From Alphaproteobacteria bacterium (GTDB lineage Bacteria; Pseudomonadota; Alphaproteobacteria; Rs-D84): a stretch of 64,000 nt of DNA. The position numbers and the translations under genes were made by a program. This document shows, one piece after another, positions 56,530 to 64,000 of the stretch (position 1 is its first letter; every line of letters begins with the position of its first letter). Location: the NCBI GenBank assembly GCA_016927735.1, contig JAFGMC010000011.1, positions 2,320-66,319 of the forward strand, read 5' to 3'. The notes under the pieces are model-generated. The model had not been told where the DNA came from. It saw only the letters and a list, made by a program, of their open reading frames with translations, and ran no database searches.

Positions 56530-57927
56530 ATGAAAAAAGATTTATCAGAAGATTATATAAGTAAATTGGTTAATTCCAGTGATAAAAGTAATTTAGAAAT
56601 TATTACACAAGCGGAGAAACAAGGGAAAATAAATGCCGAAGCTCGGGAATATCTGAAAGAAATGTATTCTGAAAGTATGCATTGGTTTTTGGAAGTTTTT
56701 CATATATTGGGTAAATGTTTTGGTGCGCCAAAAGCAGCAGTTATGCAATATGATTATGAATCCGGTGTTGCCATAGACCAGCCTATGAAAATTGCGGACA
56801 TAAATCCATTGTCTGCTTATATGGTTTATCATCGCTTGGATGCTGACCCTATGCGAAATCAATTTTTTTCAATTAACAAAGGACATAAAGTTGATTTATA
56901 TGTGTCTTCTATTGTCAGTGTAATTGTTGGTGCACAAAAGAATATTGAACGTTCATTAGAAAAAATTACAGGCAAATATTATAATGATTATGTTGAAGAG
57001 GTTGTTAAAACAGCAGAAAATATTATTTCATCAAATAGTCGTGAAGCATCTGGTCGTGCAATTGCAGAAAAAATACGCACTAAGTTTTCGGAAAAGTTTA
57101 TAACAAACTCATCAGAAACGGTACTGGGTATAATTGGTTGTGGAAATGAAAAAATATCCGTAGATTTGGTACGTGAATTAGATAAAATTGAAAAACCACA
57201 TTTACGATTAAAAGACGTATGGCGTGTAAAATGCTTGTTTGACTTAATATCCCAGGCGCGTGTATTTATGGAAAGAATTTATGAGTTGGCCCCAGATAAA
57301 ATTATCGCGGTCAAAGATAAGTTTTATGATATAAAAAACCCAAGAAATTATCGTGATGCCAAGATAATATTAAATATCGGAACAAAAGATAATGTAATAC
57401 CATTGGAAGTGATTTGTCAGGTAAGAACTTTATTTGAATTCGACAGAAAAAATCACGAAGAGTACAAAATTGCCCGCAAAGGTAAAAGTGCCAAAAAAGA
57501 AAATATTGAAAAAAATATGGCCGAGGTTATGGAAAATGGTATAAGAGAATACAATTTGATGATATATCATTGTTTGGAAGATATTTTTGAACGCGTTGGT
57601 TGGAATATTTTATATAATCGCGATCGTGGGGCATCTTTATTTGACGGTTTTCCAAGATTTTCCAAGCAATATTATTCACAAAAAATAATTGATGTGATAT
57701 TAGAAAAGCTGGATAATGCAGTAGAAAACGAAGTGTTTCATGTAGAAGATGCACCACGTAAATTGAGCCAAGCCGAAGAATTGGAAATTTTCCGTTGGAT
57801 GACAAAATTTATATTAATATCTGCCATGCCATACATGAATGGAAACTCGGAAATGCCGAATGAAAATGTTTCTGGTCGATTGTTTAATTTCGTTATGAAA
57901 GAGCTGCAAAGATACGATAAAAAATAA
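56530..57927 (+). CDS. Protein with a divergent RelA/SpoT-like (alarmone-synthetase-fold) nucleotidyltransferase core, flanked by unknown N- and C-terminal regions
   Basis: Residues ~205-330: EKISVDLVRELDK (cf. R-x-K-x-x-x-S-x-x-x-K), LKDVWRVKCLF (cf. D-x-x-G-x-R-V), PRNYRDAKIIL (cf. G-Y-R-S-x-H), LEVICQVRTLFEFDRKNHEEYK (cf. E-I-Q-I-R-T...H...Y-K). The blocks are in the canonical order, but alignment of the catalytic Glu is ambiguous. Confidence 0.5.
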   Translation: MKKDLSEDYISKLVNSSDKSNLEIITQAEKQGKINAEAREYLKEMYSESMHWFLEVFHILGKCFGAPKAAVMQYDYESGVAIDQPMKIADINPLSAYMVYHRLDADPMRNQFFSINKGHKVDLYVSSIVSVIVGAQKNIERSLEKITGKYYNDYVEEVVKTAENIISSNSREASGRAIAEKIRTKFSEKFITNSSETVLGIIGCGNEKISVDLVRELDKIEKPHLRLKDVWRVKCLFDLISQARVFMERIYELAPDKIIAVKDKFYDIKNPRNYRDAKIILNIGTKDNVIPLEVICQVRTLFEFDRKNHEEYKIARKGKSAKKENIEKNMAEVMENGIREYNLMIYHCLEDIFERVGWNILYNRDRGASLFDGFPRFSKQYYSQKIIDVILEKLDNAVENEVFHVEDAPRKLSQAEELEIFRWMTKFILISAMPYMNGNSEMPNENVSGRLFNFVMKELQRYDKK

Positions 57928-58060
57928 CACGTATTTTGACAGATTCATAGTTGGTCAAGGTTTTGTTATTTTCTTGATTTATGTTTTTTTATACGGCACA
58001 ATATATTTAGATTCTTATACTTCATAGGGATCGTAACAAGCATAACAAAGGACGAAGATT

Positions 58061-58408
58061 ATGCGTCAAGGTAAAGTAAAGTGGTATAACGGTAAAAAAT
58101 GTTTCGGATTTATTACACCATCTTCCGCTAATGAAGCAGGAAACACAGATGATGTATTTGTTCATTCCAGCTCTTTGAAGGCAGCAGATATCAGATTCTT
58201 GAATGAAAATGACATCGTAGAATTTGAAGAAGAAGTTCGCAATGATAAGTTGTCAGTGACTACATTGAAATTGGTACAGCGTGATGAAGAATCAGCAAAG
58301 AAATTTCAAGAACGTCGCAGTCAATATCGTGGTGGTCGTAACGATGACCATGGTGGGCAACGTGAAGAACGCGGTGAACGTCGCGGATTCGCATTTTGGA
58401 AAAAATAA
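58061..58408 (+). CDS. Cold-shock-domain protein with a C-terminal Arg/Gly/Glu-rich extension
   Basis: GKVKWYNGKKCFGFITP...DDVFVHSSSL gives an RNP1-like CFGFI and RNP2 VFVHSS. The tail is RRSQYRGGRNDDHGGQREERGERRGFAFWKK. Confidence 0.8.
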   Translation: MRQGKVKWYNGKKCFGFITPSSANEAGNTDDVFVHSSSLKAADIRFLNENDIVEFEEEVRNDKLSVTTLKLVQRDEESAKKFQERRSQYRGGRNDDHGGQREERGERRGFAFWKK

Positions 58409-58409
58409 T

Positions 58410-58434
58410 AAAATCCCGCTTTTGCGGGTTTTTT
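58410..58434 (+). terminator. Intrinsic terminator
   Basis: AAAAT-CCCGC-TTTT-GCGGG-TTTTTT. Confidence 0.75.
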
Positions 58435-58537
58435 CATACCAGAACGTTATAAATTTGTTTAATGACTGCATAAGCAGTTGCTTGCATTTATATTTTTTTA
58501 GATGTAAAATTATCCTGACAATAAAAGGAGTTTTATT

Positions 58538-59080
58538 ATGTGGACAGTTATTGCAATTGTGGCGGTTTTATTATTGTATTTTGTGTCGGTTTATAATGGA
58601 TTGGTTGCAAGAAGAACCCAAGTTCGCGAGGCTTGGTCAACAATTGATACCCAATTGAAACGCCGATACGATTTGATTCCAAATCTGATTAATTCCGTCA
58701 AGGGCGCCGCAAAACACGAAAAAGAAACATTGGACGCCGTAATATCTGCACGCAACAGTGCAATGTCTGCAACCGGTACAGAAGATAAAGCAATCGCTGA
58801 AAATCAACTGACGGGGGCATTAAAAAGTATTTTCGCATTATCAGAAAGCTATCCTGCCTTGCGCGCAAATGAAAACTTTTTGGAACTGCAACGTGAACTG
58901 ACAGACACCGAAACCAAAATTCAGGCAACACGTCAATTTTATAATACTGTTGTTATGGGTTTGAACACAGCGGTTCAGCAGTTTCCAACAAACATGATTG
59001 CAAATATGTTCAAAATTGGCGAAGAAAAATTCTTTGAAATTACTGAGTCTGAAAAATCCGCCCCAAGGGTTGAATTTTAA
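58538..59080 (+). CDS. lemA: LemA-family protein
   Basis: An N-terminal TM segment, then YNGLVARRTQVREAWSTIDTQLKRRYDLIPNLINSVKGAAKHEKETL, which matches the LemA consensus closely. Confidence 0.9.
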   Translation: MWTVIAIVAVLLLYFVSVYNGLVARRTQVREAWSTIDTQLKRRYDLIPNLINSVKGAAKHEKETLDAVISARNSAMSATGTEDKAIAENQLTGALKSIFALSESYPALRANENFLELQRELTDTETKIQATRQFYNTVVMGLNTAVQQFPTNMIANMFKIGEEKFFEITESEKSAPRVEF

Positions 59081-59094
59081 AATATTATTATAAA

Positions 59095-59122
59095 TAAAAA
59101 ATGGGGTGTTTGCCCCATTTTT
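59095..59122. terminator. Bidirectional intrinsic terminator
   Basis: AAAAA-ATGGGG-TGTTTG-CCCCAT-TTTT lies between lemA and the convergent recombinase gene. Confidence 0.7.
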
Positions 59123-60032
59123 AATGTTTTGATCGTGGGTGTGCAGACGTGTAGATTTTACTTATTTCTGACATGTTTACTTTGGTATAAAGCTGAGTTG
59201 TGGACAGTGATGAATGTCCCAATAACTCTTGCAAGCTTCTTAAATCTGCACCACTGGATAACAAGACGGTTGCAAAGGTATGACGCAACGCGTGCGGTGT
59301 CACATAATCTGGTAATTGCAAATAATTTCGTAATTTTTCAACGACTTTCTCTGCCATTCGTGATGACATTGGCAGACCGCGAACGCTTCTAAATAATGGT
59401 TCATTTGCATCGTGACCAAACGGGCGCAGTGAAACATATTTTTCAATTGCATAATTCACTGCTGACAGAACCGGAACCAATCTTTCTTTGCCACCTTTAC
59501 CAAGTATTCGTAAAATATTTGGTCGATTTTTAACGTCCGCATTTGTCAGTCCCAATGCCTCGGAAATACGAAGGCCACAGCCAAAAATCAAAACCACCAG
59601 AGCCCAATCACGCGCAGCAATCCATGGGTTATCAGCATCCAGTGCGCGTATTGCATCGTGCATATTTTCGACATCTGATGCATCAATTGCCTTGGATAAT
59701 TTACGTGGGACCTTGGGTGAACTTATCAGTCCAATTGCTTCATTTTTTATATTATGTGATTTTCCCAAGAATTTATAAAATGCCCGAACCGAAGATAATG
59801 CGCGGGCTGTAGATTTATGTACCAAATTACGTTTTTGCCGGTCCGCCATCCAGGCACGAAAACCAATAGTATCGATATTTGATAAATCATTTGGAAAAAC
59901 ATCTGTCCCGGTAAATTTTTCGCAAAAATTTATAAAATCACGGATGTCATTTTCATATGCGACAGCAGTATGCACAGAATAATTTTTCGTGCGCAAAATA
60001 TAGTCTATAAATTCTGCAATAGCTTCATTCAT
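59121..60032 (-). CDS. Tyrosine site-specific recombinase, XerC/XerD family
   Basis: An N-terminal SAM-like domain (TAVAYENDIRDFINF) and catalytic residues in GLRISEALGL, HALRHTFATVLLSSGADLRSLQELLGHSSLSTTQLYT (R...HxxR...H...Y). Confidence 0.9.
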   Translation of the reverse strand: MNEAIAEFIDYILRTKNYSVHTAVAYENDIRDFINFCEKFTGTDVFPNDLSNIDTIGFRAWMADRQKRNLVHKSTARALSSVRAFYKFLGKSHNIKNEAIGLISSPKVPRKLSKAIDASDVENMHDAIRALDADNPWIAARDWALVVLIFGCGLRISEALGLTNADVKNRPNILRILGKGGKERLVPVLSAVNYAIEKYVSLRPFGHDANEPLFRSVRGLPMSSRMAEKVVEKLRNYLQLPDYVTPHALRHTFATVLLSSGADLRSLQELLGHSSLSTTQLYTKVNMSEISKIYTSAHPRSKH

Positions 60033-60754
60033 TTTATCTCGAATACTGCACCTATGGAAACAGTTAAATCGGTATCCTTTGATGACAACCCACCAGAAAA
60101 TAACGCAGATTCTGCCTTGGTACTACGCAGCATATTCATAGGTCTGATTTCATCTTCAGTGCTTGTTTGTATAAAGTTTGCAGAAATCATTTTACCAACT
60201 TTTTTACCATCAGATTTCGCAATTACAGTTGCACGTTCGCGTGCATTTTCAACCGCAGTCCCCAGACATTTTTCAATAATTGGTTTCATTGTTTCGCTGC
60301 TGGTAAACATACGTAAATTTTCAGAATAAACATCGGTCATTCCTGCAAACTTTGATAATATTACTTCGATTATTTCAATTTTTTTTGCGGATACTTCTAA
60401 TGCAATGTTTGTTTCTATACCAATTTCTATGGATTTTTGTAAGTTATTATCCCACTCTGTTTTTTGGTAAGAATCAAATTGTGTTGTCTGTATTTCGACA
60501 TCCTGGGTTTTTAAGAATTTTGTAATTTCCTCGGCTTTTACGGATGCACGTTTCATAGAAACTGCTGCACTTTTATCCAAAGTTTTAATATGTAATGTAA
60601 TAGCAGTTCTATCTTTTGGTGCAGATGTTAAGCATTCGCCAGATACAGCAATGGTTTGGTTTGAATTGTTAAATTTTGTAAAATATTCCAGCCCCAGTGT
60701 TAAAACTGCAGTCATTCCGATTACAGATGCAATCCATATCAAAGTTTTTTTCAT
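60029..60754 (-). CDS. SIMPL-domain (DUF541) periplasmic protein
   Basis: A signal/TM N-terminus and TIAVSGECLTSAPKDRTAITLHIKT, consistent with the SIMPL pattern (V-x-G-x-G-x-x-x-x-x-P-D-x-A-x-I-x-L). The family call is from recall. It overlaps the recombinase start by 4 nt. Confidence 0.55.
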   Translation of the reverse strand: MKKTLIWIASVIGMTAVLTLGLEYFTKFNNSNQTIAVSGECLTSAPKDRTAITLHIKTLDKSAAVSMKRASVKAEEITKFLKTQDVEIQTTQFDSYQKTEWDNNLQKSIEIGIETNIALEVSAKKIEIIEVILSKFAGMTDVYSENLRMFTSSETMKPIIEKCLGTAVENARERATVIAKSDGKKVGKMISANFIQTSTEDEIRPMNMLRSTKAESALFSGGLSSKDTDLTVSIGAVFEIK

Positions 60755-60767
60755 TTCTCTCTCCGTT

Positions 60768-61814
60768 TTAATTAAAATAATTTAATTTCATTGCGCGTTT
60801 AACGCGTTCAGTTGTTTCAAATGCAACTTTACGTGCTGCAATTGAACCATTTTGCAACATTTCCATAACAGCTTTGGGATCTTTTGCAAATTTTTCCCTG
60901 CGTTCACGAATTGGACGAAGTGTTTCTTGCAGTACTTCGTTCAAGAATTTTTTTACTTTTACATCACCTAAACCACCGCGTTCATAGTGTGCAGTCAGTT
61001 CATCATAATTTTTGTATTCCGGTAAAAATGTTGCAAAATGTTCTGGCGTTGCAAAAATAGATAGGTAAATAAATACCGTATTATCTGTTGTATTTCCTGG
61101 GTCTTCGACACGCAAGTGTTTCGGATCTGTGAACATAGTTTTAACCTTTGCGGCAATAGTTTCTGCATCATCACAAAGATAAATTGCGTTACCCAATGAT
61201 TTTCCCATTTTTGAATTTCCATCGATGCCTGGCAGGCGTGCAGCCGTAGAATTTTCTGGAACCATGGCATTTGGCATAATCAAAGTTTCACCGTACAAAG
61301 AATTGAATTTATGAACTATTTCACGTGTTTGTTCCAACATAGGTAATTGATCTTCACCCACAGGCACAACGGTTGCATTAAATGCCGTAATATCCGCAGC
61401 TTGTGATATTGGATACGTAAAGAACCCAACAGGAACACCGGTTTTGAATTTTTCTTTTTGTTCAATTTCTGACTTTACAGTTGGATTACGTTGTAAACGT
61501 GCAACAGTTACCAAATTGCTATAAAAGAATGTTAATTCTGTTAATTCTGGAATTTGGGATTGAATGAATATTGTTGATTTTTTTGGATCCAATCCAACGG
61601 CCAGATAGTCCAGAGCAACATTCAGAACATTGTCACGAACCTTTTCAGGTGTCTCGGCGTTATCAGTTAATGCTTGAGCATCGGCAATCATTATGAATGA
61701 TTCATATTTGCCACTGTTTTGTAATTCAACACGTTTACGTAAACTACCGACATAATGACCAATATGCAAATTTCCAGTTGGTCTGTCACCAGTTAAAATT
61801 ATATTTTTAGACAT
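60768..61814 (-). CDS. trpS: Tryptophan-tRNA ligase
   Basis: HIGH motif [14 protein letters not shown] motif KMGKSLGN, and [12 protein letters not shown]. Confidence 0.95.
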   Translation of the reverse strand: MSKNIILTGDRPTGNLHIGHYVGSLRKRVELQNSGKYESFIMIADAQALTDNAETPEKVRDNVLNVALDYLAVGLDPKKSTIFIQSQIPELTELTFFYSNLVTVARLQRNPTVKSEIEQKEKFKTGVPVGFFTYPISQAADITAFNATVVPVGEDQLPMLEQTREIVHKFNSLYGETLIMPNAMVPENSTAARLPGIDGNSKMGKSLGNAIYLCDDAETIAAKVKTMFTDPKHLRVEDPGNTTDNTVFIYLSIFATPEHFATFLPEYKNYDELTAHYERGGLGDVKVKKFLNEVLQETLRPIRERREKFAKDPKAVMEMLQNGSIAARKVAFETTERVKRAMKLNYFN

Positions 61815-61994
61815 TGTAAAATACCTTTAATTATTAATTTAAATTTTAGATTGTTTATATAAAAAATGAAAGCGCAAAATTAGCGCAAAAAATACTTAGG
61901 CGGCAAAGCGCCAGATAAAGGTAGAAAAAATACTATTATTTCTTGTCATGCCTAAAACTTTATCAAATAAAATTCAAGTGTCAAATATAGTATT

Positions 61995-62022
61995 TAAAAA
62001 AACCGCACAAGTGTGCGGTTAT
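61995..62022 (-). terminator. Intrinsic terminator after rpsD
   Basis: The minus strand reads ACCGCAC-ACTT-GTGCGGT followed by TTTTTTT. Confidence 0.75.
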
Positions 62023-62038
62023 AAATTTCGATTTACTA

Positions 62039-62671
62039 TTAACGAGAATAGAATTCGATAACCAATTCTGGTGACATTTGAACCTGGTATGGAACATCTT
62101 CGAATGCAGGTATACGAACATATGTCGCAACAAAGTTTGCACTGTCTACTTTTACATAATCTGCAAAATCACGTTCTGGAGATTCCAAAGACAATACAAC
62201 CAATGGCATCTGTTTTGCTTTTTCGCTGACTGTGATAACATCACCAGGGTTTACCCGATAAGATGCAATTTTCACGCGTTTGTCGTTAACATAAATATGA
62301 CCATGACTAATTAATTGACGTGAGCTGAATACGGTTGGTGCAAATTTTGCACGATATACAACAGCGTCCAAGCGACGTTCCAACAGACCAATCATGTTTT
62401 GTGGAGTGTCACCTTTCATATTTGATGCTTCCAGGTAATATGCACGGAACTTTTTTTCACCGACATTACCATAGTAACCTTTCAAAGTCTGTTTTGCCTT
62501 CATCTGTTTTGCGTAATCTGATTGATTTCCACCACGGGATGTTGGTCCATGCTGACCAGGTTTATATTTACGTTTGTTAAAAGGGGATTTTGCCTGACCC
62601 CACAAATTCAGACCCAATACGCGTCCGATTTTTAATTTACGTGTGCTTCTTTTTGCACCCATTCTTGCCAT
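62039..62671 (-). CDS. rpsD: 30S ribosomal protein S4
   Basis: MARMGAKRSTRKLKIGRVLGLNLWGQ..., plus an S4 RNA-binding domain (RLDAVVYRAKFAPTVFSSRQLISHGHIYVNDKRV). Length is 210 aa. Confidence 0.96.
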   Translation of the reverse strand: MARMGAKRSTRKLKIGRVLGLNLWGQAKSPFNKRKYKPGQHGPTSRGGNQSDYAKQMKAKQTLKGYYGNVGEKKFRAYYLEASNMKGDTPQNMIGLLERRLDAVVYRAKFAPTVFSSRQLISHGHIYVNDKRVKIASYRVNPGDVITVSEKAKQMPLVVLSLESPERDFADYVKVDSANFVATYVRIPAFEDVPYQVQMSPELVIEFYSR

Positions 62672-62821
62672 AATTTAATCCTTTTGGTTTTTTATGGTGC
62701 CAAACATTTCACAGAATCCTTATCATGAACGGGACCAAAAATCACCGCCACTTAATCAGTTCTGATTGCTCAGCAGGGTACAGTTTATATGGATTCTTTT
62801 AAAAAATCAAGCTTTTTGTAA

Positions 62822-62848
62822 TAAAAAGCGACCGTTTGGTCGCATTTT
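62822..62848 (-). terminator. Intrinsic terminator after the RNase J gene
   Basis: The minus strand reads GCGACC-AAAC-GGTCGC followed by TTTTT. Confidence 0.7.
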
Positions 62849-62849
62849 A

Positions 62850-64000
62850 TTATTTCAATACAAAGTGTACATTGTACTGTGGTTTTTTATCATCACCAAA
62901 TGAAGCCCGTACGACCTTATTAGAAGATATTTGAACGGTCTTCCTCAGGTTTTCTTGGCTTTTACGTTCTGCAGTAGACATTTTGTTTATTGCCTTGGTT
63001 ATTTCAATCTGAATTTGACGTTTCATAAAGCCCGTAGTATCAGATTCAAATATTCCAGCACTGGATACCTCTGGTACACCTTTCAGGAATCCGCGTTTAT
63101 CAACGGGCAGGGTCACAAATATTACACCGCTGGTTGCGATTTTCTTACGATTTTTATAAACCTGATCATCTGTACTGCGTTCAGTTTCGCCCTCCATAAC
63201 AACCAATCCTGTTTGGAATGTTTCTGATACGTATGGTTCTGCACCGTCTTTCAGGGCAATAATTTCACCATTATGCACCAGCATCATATGTTTTGCACCA
63301 CCACGTTCCATTGCCATTTTACCGTTTAACAGTTCGGTCATATATTCACCATGCATTGGAATAATTGTTTGTGGATGAACAATCTCATAGAATTTTTCAT
63401 ACTCTGGACGACCGGCGTGACCGCTGGCATGAACATGATCCGTATCATAAATTGTGTGAGTGTGAATTCCCATGCGTGCCAATTTATTATACAAGAAAGA
63501 AACATCTGATTCACGACCCGGGATAACAATTGCAGAAAATACAACGGTGTCAGTTGGTTGTAATTTCAGCTCTTTCACATGTCCACGACAAAGGCGTGTT
63601 AACATTGCGTACTTCTCACCCTGGGAGCCAGTCAAATAGATTGCCTGCTTTTCTGCTGGCAAATCTTTGATTTCATTGTGTAATAAAGTATCACTTTCAT
63701 TCAAATACCCAAAGTTTATACCAATTTCACGGAATTCCGGAAGACCAACATAAGGCACAGGGTTTGGGTTTGTACGTTCTTTGATTGCAGCGATTCGTCC
63801 CGCGGCACGGGCAGCCTCAGCAAACATTTTAATACGTGCGATACTGCGTGAGTACCCAGTTACGAAAACGCGCCCAGGGGCTTTTTTCATAATTTCGGTC
63901 AGTGTTTCACGAACTTCCAATTCGGTTGTCTGTCTTTCTTGACGATCAGCCGATGTTGAATCGCAAGCCACCGCTAATAATTTTGGGTCGCTTCCAATTT
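62850..64000 (-). CDS. rnj: Ribonuclease J (beta-CASP metallo-beta-lactamase family), C-terminal ~380 aa; the 5' end lies beyond the right window edge
   Basis: The frame stays open upstream of the track's GTG start, to position 64000 (...IGSDPKLLAVACDSTSA). Contains HASGHAGRPE and IIPMHGEYM (beta-CASP motifs B/C) and a C-terminal domain. Confidence 0.8.
   Translation of the reverse strand, partial: IGSDPKLLAVACDSTSADRQERQTTELEVRETLTEIMKKAPGRVFVTGYSRSIARIKMFAEAARAAGRIAAIKERTNPNPVPYVGLPEFREIGINFGYLNESDTLLHNEIKDLPAEKQAIYLTGSQGEKYAMLTRLCRGHVKELKLQPTDTVVFSAIVIPGRESDVSFLYNKLARMGIHTHTIYDTDHVHASGHAGRPEYEKFYEIVHPQTIIPMHGEYMTELLNGKMAMERGGAKHMMLVHNGEIIALKDGAEPYVSETFQTGLVVMEGETERSTDDQVYKNRKKIATSGVIFVTLPVDKRGFLKGVPEVSSAGIFESDTTGFMKRQIQIEITKAINKMSTAERKSQENLRKTVQISSNKVVRASFGDDKKPQYNVHFVLK

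Noticed and set aside
62672-62821. The ~150-nt rpsD leader as a potential S4 autoregulatory pseudoknot, and the ~220-nt trpS upstream region (61815-62038) as a leader.
   Set aside because: Only short (4-5 bp) helices could be drawn by eye, and no recognisable conserved element is present. I cannot support a call without covariance analysis.

Overview
This is a 64-kb AT-rich chromosomal segment from a diderm bacterium (BamD, RlpA, LepB and several beta-barrel OMPs ending in F). Gene packing is tight, so the genome is probably reduced or host-associated. I cannot assign a lineage from the sequence alone. The backbone is housekeeping: cspA, fabI, ligA, a class A PBP, comM/yifB, lepB-rnc, secG, groES-groEL, HIT, LOG, tilS-ftsH, prmC, two M23 peptidases, htpX, rlpA, murJ, bamD, dCMP deaminase, era, queA-M16-tgt, lysS, lemA, xerC/D-type recombinase, trpS, rpsD and a partial RNase J. 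There are four tRNAs: Asn-GUU, Gln-CUG, Arg-ACG and Gly-GCC. Most transcription units end in short GC-clamp hairpin plus T-run terminators, many of them bidirectional. No rRNA, CRISPR array or intact IS element was seen. Accessory or unusual material is scattered through the window. (1) The left ~12 kb looks like an island: a serine recombinase running off the edge, a frameshifted DUF2924-like gene, a large M48-like peptidase / ABC1-UbiB-kinase gene pair, phage fragments, and a DUF134-DUF5320-thioredoxin-DsbD_2 cluster with paired palindromic operator boxes. (2) A motif-rich noncoding stretch at about 9.0-9.4 kb has sRNA-like structure. (3) An orphan radical SAM gene lies beside tRNA-Arg. (4) An 836-aa protein with a BRO/DinD-like N-terminus and an AEP-primase/PriCT C-terminus lies beside tRNA-Gly. 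(5) A 465-aa protein downstream of lysS carries a divergent RelA/SpoT-like (small alarmone synthetase / toxSAS-like) core. All family assignments come from motif recognition by eye, not from database searches.
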